The position numbers were made by a program, and so were the translations under genes. 32,000 nt of DNA from an archaeon GW2011_AR10 (GTDB lineage Archaea; Iainarchaeota; Iainarchaeia; Iainarchaeales; GW2011-AR10): contig CP010424.1 of assembly GCA_000830275.1 (NCBI GenBank), forward strand, positions 1,209,429 through 1,241,428. Reading direction: 5' to 3'. This document shows, in pieces, positions 22,533 through 29,513 of the stretch. Each line of letters starts with the position of its first letter. The first letter of the stretch is position 1. The notes under the pieces were generated by a model. The model was not told the DNA's origin, made no database searches, and was given only the letters and a program-made list of their open reading frames with translations.

Positions 22533-22868
22533 CTATTCCAAGTGCTTGAGCTTTAAAAAGCAGTTCTCGCAAATGAACCGTTCCTTGAAGTCAATCCCGT
22601 TTTCATCAAGGTTTGCGCAAAGAATGCAGCGCCTTCCACTGCTTGTGTTTTTTTTGTTTGCCCACTCAAACAATAAATCCCACGTAACCCATCTTGGAAT
22701 GACGACTTCCTGCATCACTGTTTTATCGTTCTGCTGGATTCTCTTGATGTGGCTTGGCAGCATTGTCTTTTCGAGGTTCTGCATCCACCGCACCCTTTCG
22801 AAAGCGCCTTTCCGGATGAATTCGTTCATTGTCTCGTTAAAAACAGCCATTAAATCACGCAATTCCAC
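22533..22868 (-). CDS. Hypothetical protein with a C-terminal CxxC..CxxC zinc ribbon (111 aa, or 105 aa from ATG 22850)
   Basis: The minus-frame protein has a normal composition and ends in CILCANLDENGIDFKERFICENC. The overlapping plus-strand ORF 22480-22944 looks random. Confidence 0.55.
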   Translation of the reverse strand: MELRDLMAVFNETMNEFIRKGAFERVRWMQNLEKTMLPSHIKRIQQNDKTVMQEVVIPRWVTWDLLFEWANKKNTSSGRRCILCANLDENGIDFKERFICENCFLKLKHLE

Positions 22869-22930
22869 TGTTTTAAAACCCCAGAAGCAACATAACCTGC
22901 CACTGACTCTAGTAATTGGTTCTTTACACC
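22859..22930 (+). repeat. Structured intergenic repeat, copy X (internally deleted)
   Basis: GCAATTCCACTGTTTTAAAACC matches the copy B 5' end (20 of 26). ATAACCTGCCACTGACTCTAGTAATTGGTTCTTTACACC matches the copy B 3' end (32 of 40). About 105 nt of copy B are missing between them. Confidence 0.65.
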
Positions 22931-23018
22931 AGCTAAACAGATAAGAGACAAGAAGTTAATTAAAGTTTCGTTTCAATAAAAATTTAATTCTTTTTTTCCA
23001 GTAGTTTTAAGGTGGCTA

Positions 23019-23651
23019 ATGGTGTTGGAACTTGGGGGAATAAAAATTGAGTTCGTGAAGCACGCTTCAACCAAAATCGTTTCAGGAAGCAAAGTAATCT
23101 ACATTGACCCTTATGTCCTGCCTTCTTCTCCAGGAAAAGCAGACCTAGTCCTGGTAACGCACGAGCACTATGACCATTTTGACCCGGCAAAAATAAAAAA
23201 AATTTCAAAAGGCTCAACCGAAATAATGACAAACGAACGGTGCTGTGCAAAACTTGATGGAAACATTTCAACGGTTAAAGTAAGGCAAACAATTGAAAAA
23301 CTAGGGGTTAGCGTGACTGGCGTGCAGGCATACAATATTAGCAAGCCTTACCACCCAAAAGGCTTGGGCATCGGCTTTGTGGTGGAATCCAGGGGAAAAA
23401 GAATTTATCATGCAGGTGACACTGACTTTATTCCGGAGATGAATGAACTGAAAAACATTGATGTTGCTTTGCTGCCTATTGGAGGCACTTATACAATGAA
23501 TGTTGATGAGGCAGTAAGAGCAGTAAATGCAATTAAGCCTGAAATTGTTGTGCCAATCCATTACAACGTTGTTGATGGCACGGAAGCAAACCCGGAAGAG
23601 TTCAAAGAAAAAGTTGGTTCTGCTGCAAAAGTTGAAATCTTTTACAGGTAA
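23019..23651 (+). CDS. Metallo-beta-lactamase-fold hydrolase (UPF0173-like)
   Basis: LVLVTHEHYDHFD motif, with later HAGDTDF and PIGGTYTM. Confidence 0.82.
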   Translation: MVLELGGIKIEFVKHASTKIVSGSKVIYIDPYVLPSSPGKADLVLVTHEHYDHFDPAKIKKISKGSTEIMTNERCCAKLDGNISTVKVRQTIEKLGVSVTGVQAYNISKPYHPKGLGIGFVVESRGKRIYHAGDTDFIPEMNELKNIDVALLPIGGTYTMNVDEAVRAVNAIKPEIVVPIHYNVVDGTEANPEEFKEKVGSAAKVEIFYR

Positions 23652-24046
23652 ACAACCTGTTTTCCCTGCTTTACCTTGTTCCTGTCAGCATACTTTATGA
23701 GGTAATGCGCCGTGCTTTTAGGTATTCCAAGAGTTTTCTCTATTTCCCTGTAAGGCCTGAAGTCGCGGTGCAATTCAACAATCTCAGAAATTTTTTTCGG
23801 GTCAGTGCTTAATGGCCTTCCGCTGTTTTTTTCTTCAATGAGCTCGACTTTTTTTTCTTGAAGCAGTTTTTTCACTTTACTGCTAATCCTTTTGGCAGTT
23901 GAAGAACTGAAGGAAACCTTTTTGATGCGGCACTTTTTCAGCAGCTTTTCAACAATCGACTTCTTAACCGGCCTGGAAAAGTGTATTTCCCCTGCGTCAG
24001 CTGGGATTGAGGAAATGTTAGAGGAACTGTTAACTGAAAATTTCAC
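23642..24046 (-). CDS. Small HTH protein (resolvase/Hin-like C-terminal helix-turn-helix)
   Basis: SGRPLSTDPKKISEIVELHRDFRPYREIEKTLGIPKSTAHYLIKY resembles a resolvase-type HTH. No catalytic domain. Confidence 0.45.
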   Translation of the reverse strand: MKFSVNSSSNISSIPADAGEIHFSRPVKKSIVEKLLKKCRIKKVSFSSSTAKRISSKVKKLLQEKKVELIEEKNSGRPLSTDPKKISEIVELHRDFRPYREIEKTLGIPKSTAHYLIKYADRNKVKQGKQVVYL

Positions 24047-24121
24047 AACAACACCTTCACATTTTTGGGTATCGACTCATTTTTTATTAATTCTTTTTCT
24101 TAAATCTCTTTGGGAAATTAA

Positions 24122-25318
24122 ATGGAAACAAAATTTAATTCTATCGAAGAGGCCTCCAGGGAGCTTAAGAGCGGAAAGCTGGTAGTGCTGGTTGATGACG
24201 AGCACCGGGAGAATGAAGGGGACCTTGTTTTGGCTGCAGAGCTTGCTTCAGAGGAAAAAATCAATTTCATAATTAAAGAGGCCCGTGGCCTTATGTGCAT
24301 TCCAATAACTGAAGGCAAGGCAGCCCAGCTTGGGCTGAGAAAAATGATTGAAAACACTGATAGGTTTGAAACCCCGTTCACTGTTTCTGTTGATGCCAAA
24401 ACCGCTTCCACTGGCGTTTCAGTGAAGGACAGGCTCAAAACAATCAATGCAATTGTGAGCGATTCAACTGTGCCGGAGGAATTGGTTAAGCCAGGCCACT
24501 TGTTCCCGCTTGTTTCAAAGAAAGGTGGAGTATTGCACCGCGCAGGCCACACAGAGGGAGCAATTGACCTGATGAAAATAGCTGTCTTAAAGCCAGTTGC
24601 GGTTATAGCTGAAATAATGAATGATGACGGCAGCATGGCAAGGCTCCCGGACCTATTAAAGTTCAGGGAAAAGCACGGCCTAATGATTGTAGCATTAAAG
24701 GACCTAATAAGGTACAGGCTCAAAGAAGAATCACTTATTGAAAGGGTTGCAGCCACATCAATTCCAACCGAGTTTGGGGCCTTTGAAGCGGTTGGATTCA
24801 AGGACAAGGTTTATGGAGAGGAATACATTGCCTTGGTGAAAGGAAAAGTTTCCGGCGAAAAAAACGTTTTGGTGAGAGTTCACTCCGGCTGCCTAACAGG
24901 AGATGTTTTTCATTCGCATCGGTGTGACTGCAATGCCCAGCTCCATGAAAGCCTCAGGGTAATTGAAAGAGAGGGAAAAGGGGCGCTGCTTTACATAATG
25001 CACCACGAAGGCAGGGGCATTGGGCTGCTAAATAAACTCAAAGCATACGAATTGCAGGATAAAGGCCTTGACACTGTTGAGGCAAACCTCAAGCTCGGGT
25101 TCAAGATGGATGAACGGGATTATGGAATAGGCGCGCAAATCCTCCGCGAACTTGGCCTAACCTCTATAAGGCTTTTAACCAACAACCCAAAAAAACTTTC
25201 AGCCCTTAAAGGCTACGGTTTGGAGGTAACAGAAATGGTGCCGATTAAGACAACCCCTACCACATTCAACAAATCTTATCTTCTCACCAAGAAACAAAAA
25301 ATGGGGCATTTGCTGTAA
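24122..25318 (+). CDS. ribBA: Bifunctional DHBP synthase / GTP cyclohydrolase II
   Basis: RibB part: VVLVDDEHRENEGDLVLAAE, HRAGHTEGAIDL. RibA part: VRVHSGCLTGDVFHSHRCDCNAQL, EGRGIGLLNKLKAYELQD. Confidence 0.93.
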   Translation: METKFNSIEEASRELKSGKLVVLVDDEHRENEGDLVLAAELASEEKINFIIKEARGLMCIPITEGKAAQLGLRKMIENTDRFETPFTVSVDAKTASTGVSVKDRLKTINAIVSDSTVPEELVKPGHLFPLVSKKGGVLHRAGHTEGAIDLMKIAVLKPVAVIAEIMNDDGSMARLPDLLKFREKHGLMIVALKDLIRYRLKEESLIERVAATSIPTEFGAFEAVGFKDKVYGEEYIALVKGKVSGEKNVLVRVHSGCLTGDVFHSHRCDCNAQLHESLRVIEREGKGALLYIMHHEGRGIGLLNKLKAYELQDKGLDTVEANLKLGFKMDERDYGIGAQILRELGLTSIRLLTNNPKKLSALKGYGLEVTEMVPIKTTPTTFNKSYLLTKKQKMGHLL

Positions 25319-25322
25319 TGCC

Positions 25323-26315
25323 TTACTTTGAGACAAGGTTCCCTATTTTTTTCTTGATTGAGCTTCCACCGATTTTTTTTCTTATTTTTCTGCCAATTCG
25401 TTTCCCGGATCTCCTGATGACAGACGAAGCAGAGTAGCGGATTCCTTGGAGGAGTTCTCTCGCTTTCCAGGGTTCGTTCACTTTCCTGTATTCTCCGGGA
25501 GAAATTTCTTTCACCAGAGGCCCGCTCCACACAACGTTTTCCTTTTGCCTTAAAATTTCAAACACGTTGTCAATCGTCAGCTTTGTTTCATCTGATTTGA
25601 TTTTAAGTATTCCGAGGCCGATTCTTTTCGCGGAGTGCGCGTCGCTGCCTGCAGTTATAAAGCTTGCTTTTTCTCCAAGGTCAAGTGCTTTTGAGCAGCG
25701 CTCCACAATGTCCAATCGCTTGTCGTCAATTTTTTTCTTCAGCCTTGACCCAATGCCTGAAACCCTTGTCTTAATTGCAATCCTGTTTTTTTCCAGGAAG
25801 TCAAGGAAGTTGACTGGCTTCTTCACGATGCCGGAACCGTAAACGAAGTTGCTCAAATGCCCAATCATTCCATTGTATGCTTCCACCCCAATCTCGTTTC
25901 CCATTACGAGTTGCTCGAGCTTTTCAATGCCCATGTTGTAGCCGAAGCTGTCATAGTTGAAGCCCCATGGGTGCGGTATTGTAAGCAGGAAACCGTTTTC
26001 TTTTGCGATTTCCAGCACTTTTTCAATTGACACATCTTTTTGGAATAGCTCTTTCACTTCATAAAGTTCAGGGGTTTTAGCATACACTAACACGTGGCCG
26101 TGCATTGTGTTTAGTTCTGCTCCAGGAATAAGCACCTTCTGCTCCGGGGTTAAAGGATATAGTGCCTCGAATGCTTCTCTCGGCGAAATGTGGGCGTGCT
26201 CCGTTATTGCAATCGCGTCAATGCCAATACTTTCAACCTGCCCCCAGTACTCCCTTGGAGGAACCTTCATCTCGTTCCTGTGAGTATGAAGGTCAAGAGT
26301 GAAAGTGTTTTGCAT
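25323..26315 (-). CDS. PHP-domain metal-dependent phosphoesterase
   Basis: LDLHTH.., AIAITEHAH, GAELNTMHGHVLVY, IPHPWG and AGSDAHS motifs. Basic C-terminal tail. Confidence 0.8.
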   Translation of the reverse strand: MQNTFTLDLHTHRNEMKVPPREYWGQVESIGIDAIAITEHAHISPREAFEALYPLTPEQKVLIPGAELNTMHGHVLVYAKTPELYEVKELFQKDVSIEKVLEIAKENGFLLTIPHPWGFNYDSFGYNMGIEKLEQLVMGNEIGVEAYNGMIGHLSNFVYGSGIVKKPVNFLDFLEKNRIAIKTRVSGIGSRLKKKIDDKRLDIVERCSKALDLGEKASFITAGSDAHSAKRIGLGILKIKSDETKLTIDNVFEILRQKENVVWSGPLVKEISPGEYRKVNEPWKARELLQGIRYSASSVIRRSGKRIGRKIRKKIGGSSIKKKIGNLVSK

Positions 26316-26429
26316 GGTAAAAACTTAGCGCTTTATCCCTTTAAAGCGTTTCCCCAACAGCGAACCAAACAGGATATCTGGCATGCCAGAAATTAGTTAG
26401 TTTTTTATATAAGAAACCCCAAAATAACT

Positions 26430-26741
26430 ATGTTTTTTATGGTTGAATCTGGCATGACAGAATTAAGCGTTGATGCAACGCTTTCCGCTAGGGAGCGGGA
26501 CATCCTTGAACTGATTATTGAGAACTGGCCAATTTCTTCACTGGAAATAGCGGAGCATTTTCGGGAGGACATCAGCAGCAGGGAACAGCGCAAAAAAGCC
26601 TCAACAAAATACTCCTATTACTTGAAGAAACTGGTTGACAAGCGCTTAGTGTTAAGCAAGCGCTCCGGCAACTCCTTGATTGTGTGGCCACTTGTTGTGG
26701 AAAAATACAGGACAATTCATAATATTCTCCAGGGGCGCTAA
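26430..26741 (+). CDS. Winged-helix transcriptional regulator (small, ArsR/MarR-like)
   Basis: LSARERDILELIIENWPISSLEIAEHF.. and ..YYLKKLVDKRLVLSKRSGNSLIVWP form an HTH plus wing. Confidence 0.6.
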   Translation: MFFMVESGMTELSVDATLSARERDILELIIENWPISSLEIAEHFREDISSREQRKKASTKYSYYLKKLVDKRLVLSKRSGNSLIVWPLVVEKYRTIHNILQGR

Positions 26742-26764
26742 AATTGCTGGCACTCTAATCCAAG

Positions 26765-27340
26765 GTGGTTTTTTTGCTTAATACTTTTTTTGATAAATTT
26801 ATTTTCACTAACGGATTGAAGTACAAGCATAACAACTTTTTCCTAATCAACATTCCTTTCTGCATTGTGCCCAGCGAGCTGCTTGTAAGCATTTCTGCTC
26901 TTGGAAAAAAGCAGTTAGACCAAGACATTTACTATGCCGTGAAGGATTCAACAAGGCGCTCCCTCTTAAAGCAGTTTGACCTTGACTTTGGCCTTGAAGG
27001 TAAAAAGAACCTGGGGCTTATAAGCGAGTTTTTCTCGGCTTCCGGCTGGGGAAAAATAAGCATTGTTGACCTTGACGAGAAGGGCGCGAGAGCAATCATT
27101 GTTGTAAACTCCAGCCCTGTTGCTTCCGCGCTTCACGGAAAAGCAAAGGCCCCGGTTGACCATTTTCTTCGAGGAATCTTCGCCGGCCTGATGTGGGGGT
27201 TTTTCAATGAGAACGTTGATTGTGTTGAAACAGCCTGCACTGCAATAAATGACCAGCAGTGCAAGTTCATAATTAAGAAGCAGGCTGAGTTTGATTTCAG
27301 CCACAATTTCACGAGAATGCAGCTTGACCCGGAGCACTAA
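26765..27340 (+). CDS. V4R (4-vinyl-reductase-like) domain protein
   Basis: SGWGKISIVDLDEKGARAIIVVNSSP.., HFLRGIFAGLMWGFF..VDCVETACTAINDQQCKFIIK matches the V4R pattern. The start is uncertain (GTG 26765 lies within AAGGTGG; TTG 26774 is possible). Confidence 0.65.
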   Translation: MVFLLNTFFDKFIFTNGLKYKHNNFFLINIPFCIVPSELLVSISALGKKQLDQDIYYAVKDSTRRSLLKQFDLDFGLEGKKNLGLISEFFSASGWGKISIVDLDEKGARAIIVVNSSPVASALHGKAKAPVDHFLRGIFAGLMWGFFNENVDCVETACTAINDQQCKFIIKKQAEFDFSHNFTRMQLDPEH

Positions 27341-27618
27341 ACTGCTTCAATTACTTCTTTTGTGCTGATTAGTTTTTCCAGCAGCTCAAGTTCGTTGCAG
27401 ATGAAGTATTTTCCGTTTCTCTCAGCAATCATTTTCTCTTCGTTTTCTTCGTTTATTTCTTTTATCAATTCTTCCAGTTCAATTCCTGTTTCCTCGCTTA
27501 ACTCAAGCAAATTCATTCCTTTTTTTCTGTGCAGTGCTGCAAGCACTCTTGCTTTTCTCTCTGAAATTGCTTCCCTGCATGCAAGCCTGAAAACTGCTAA
27601 TTCAAAAAAATCCATCAT
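27337..27618 (-). CDS. Small winged-helix-like protein (93 aa)
   Basis: ERKARVLAALHRKKGMNLLELSEETGIELEELIKEI is HTH-like. Convergent with and overlapping the V4R gene end by 4 nt. Confidence 0.5.
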   Translation of the reverse strand: MMDFFELAVFRLACREAISERKARVLAALHRKKGMNLLELSEETGIELEELIKEINEENEEKMIAERNGKYFICNELELLEKLISTKEVIEAV

Positions 27619-27649
27619 CCCACCTTTTTTTTTGCTTTAAGTAGACAGG

Positions 27650-27708
27650 GGCGCATTTACTCGCGCAAATGCGCCGGGCAGGCGGCCCGCGGGCCAGATT
27701 CTTCTGCC
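27650..27708. other. GC-rich palindromic island in an AT-rich intergenic region
   Basis: GGCGCATTT(27650-27658)/AAATGCGCC(27667-27675). GGCAG(27677-27681)/CTGCC(27704-27708) encloses the perfect 12-nt palindrome GGCCCGCGGGCC (27684-27695). Confidence 0.5.
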
Positions 27709-27864
27709 GTAATAACTCCCTTCCCTGAGAATTAATATTCCTTTGGTTGAACCCAAATCAACCAAAAAGTTGATTCGCTTTGCGCATCTCATTAATATAC
27801 TTTTCGAAATTTTTTGAATCTCTTTTTATTTTTGTTGCCTTATAATATTTTATTTGGTGGGGGT

Positions 27865-28095
27865 TTGAATTTCCTTGAAATTGCGCTGTTAATTGCAATT
27901 GTTGTTCTGATTTTAATTAATGTTTTCTTTTATTTAAAAAAGTGCAGTGCTTCTGGTTTTGGGGCTGTTAATTTTGCTTTGCTTTCAAGCAAGCCCATCT
28001 TGCTCTTAACTTCCTTGATTTTTCTTGTTTCCTTTTTTTTGGTTTTTCCAGCAGTTTTGTTATTGCTTTCCTTGTTTGTTTTGGAGATTTTCTGA
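27865..28095 (+). CDS. Truncated paralogue of the surface-protein N-terminal membrane module (76 aa)
   Basis: TTG 27865 follows GGTGGGGG, the same layout as TTG 29514 after GGTGGGG. MNFLEIALLIAIVVLILINVFFYLKK..LLSSKPILLLTSLIFLVSFFLVFP aligns at about 50 percent identity with residues 1-64 of the 828-aa protein. The 3' part runs antisense into abiEi. Confidence 0.5.
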   Translation: MNFLEIALLIAIVVLILINVFFYLKKCSASGFGAVNFALLSSKPILLLTSLIFLVSFFLVFPAVLLLLSLFVLEIF

Positions 28096-28621
28096 GGTAT
28101 TCGCCGAGCCTCTTTTTTTGTATGCTGGCAAGAAGCGTTTTTAGTGCTTCTTCCGGTATTTTTTGCCTGAAGTAGGCAAAGTCAATCAGTGTTTTTTCCA
28201 AATCAGAAACAGGAATCTGGAGGCCATAATGTTCAATTATTTTGTATCCGAAAAACATTTTTGGCGAAATTCTTTTTATTGTAATATTTGAGTTCATTAC
28301 TGTTCTGGTGCCTGCCCTGACTTTTTTTGTGGTTATTATTACTGGGTTTGTTGCCTGCCCCCACAGCCTGTGAATTGACAGGGCTTCCTGTAATCCATAG
28401 TAGAAGGGGCTGAATGCAAACCCTGCAACCATTAGCTCGTCCTTGAACGTGTATATTCCCTTTGCAAGTCTCTTTAATTTATTTTTTTTGAGCAGCGTGT
28501 GTATTAACAATTTCAAGTATCCTGTTGATATTTTTTTTTGCTTCAGGAATATTCTTGCATCCCTGATTGAAAAATAGTTTCTTTTATTGAAGTGTTCAAT
28601 GAATTCTGCCATGTATTTCAT
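27968..28621 (-). CDS. abiEi: AbiEi-like antitoxin / transcriptional regulator (COG5340-type)
   Basis: N-terminal wHTH FSIRDARIFLKQKKISTGYLKLLIHTLLKKNKLKRLAKGIYTF. It lies immediately downstream of abiEii with a 4-nt overlap. The last ~40 codons overlap the antisense of the 27865 ORF. Confidence 0.7.
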   Translation of the reverse strand: MKYMAEFIEHFNKRNYFSIRDARIFLKQKKISTGYLKLLIHTLLKKNKLKRLAKGIYTFKDELMVAGFAFSPFYYGLQEALSIHRLWGQATNPVIITTKKVRAGTRTVMNSNITIKRISPKMFFGYKIIEHYGLQIPVSDLEKTLIDFAYFRQKIPEEALKTLLASIQKKRLGEYLRKSPKQTRKAITKLLEKPKKRKQEKSRKLRARWACLKAKQN

Positions 28622-29277
28622 GTTGAAAGCCTTGCCTTGATTTTCTCTGTCATCTGGTCAAAGGAAGGAATTGCTCCAGAAATTACTATGTTCTTGAGGT
28701 TTTGTTCGTCTATGGGTCTTGGAAGTTCTTTCAGCGTTCCAGAAATTTTTTCCCTAATCTTTTTTTCATCCACAACCCTGCTGAGAAAATAAACGTCGAA
28801 TACGTCTCTTACCAGTTTCCTGTTTTTGTATGCTGAAAGCTTTTCGATTAGAAGCTCTTCTGCGGTTGGAGTGAAAACATCAATGAATGCGCCGTCTGCT
28901 TTTTCGTATTCAGATGCAACAGGTTTTCCAAAGCTTCTCAGAGCTATTTCAAGTGAAATTTCTGTTCTATCGCTTTTAACTTTTGCGTATATGGCATTAG
29001 AGGTTTTCCTGAATTTTGTTATTTCCGCATTCAGGCTTTTAAGCTTGTTTCCCAGGCTTTCCTTGAATGACTCTTTTGGTTTAAAGTAGAAGTCAAGGTC
29101 TTCTGAGAACCTTTGGCCTTGAAAGCACCTCCAAATTGCTGTTCCTCCATGCAGCACCGCGTTCTCCTGAGCAGCGTAAACAGCGTCAACCACTAAATCC
29201 TGCAGTGCAGCGATTTCCCTGTGCGACTGCTTCTTCAGCCTGTTGTAAAGCGGTATGCCCATATTATCATAAAGCAA
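28618..29277 (-). CDS. abiEii: AbiEii/AbiGii-family nucleotidyltransferase toxin (DUF1814)
   Basis: VLHGGTAIWRCFQGQRFSEDLDFYF is the GGTAL..R.S.DLDF nucleotidyltransferase signature. Confidence 0.8.
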   Translation of the reverse strand: MLYDNMGIPLYNRLKKQSHREIAALQDLVVDAVYAAQENAVLHGGTAIWRCFQGQRFSEDLDFYFKPKESFKESLGNKLKSLNAEITKFRKTSNAIYAKVKSDRTEISLEIALRSFGKPVASEYEKADGAFIDVFTPTAEELLIEKLSAYKNRKLVRDVFDVYFLSRVVDEKKIREKISGTLKELPRPIDEQNLKNIVISGAIPSFDQMTEKIKARLST

Positions 29278-29513
29278 CCAAAGTTATATAAAAACATATC
29301 TTTGGTAGATTTAGACTTTCGAGTGTTTTGATAGAGGCGGGTTTCCAAGTTTCTCCTTTTATTGGTTGTTTTTAGTGTCTTTAGTTGATTCAATTATTTT
29401 TTATTCTTGTTGCAGGGGATTTAAGGCTGTTGAGTACCTTTGCCTGATTTTTATACAATTACTGTAGTTAGGTTAATAAGTATTCAACACCCTTAATTGC
29501 ATAAGGTGGGGTT

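Noticed and set aside
22480-22944. 154-aa plus-strand ORF
   Set aside because: Its composition looks random (S/L/F/R/C-rich). The overlapping minus-strand ORF has a normal composition and a CxxC..CxxC ribbon.
24118-24807. 229-aa minus-strand ORF antisense to ribBA
   Set aside because: The plus strand carries unmistakable RibB motifs. The antisense product is serine-rich noise.
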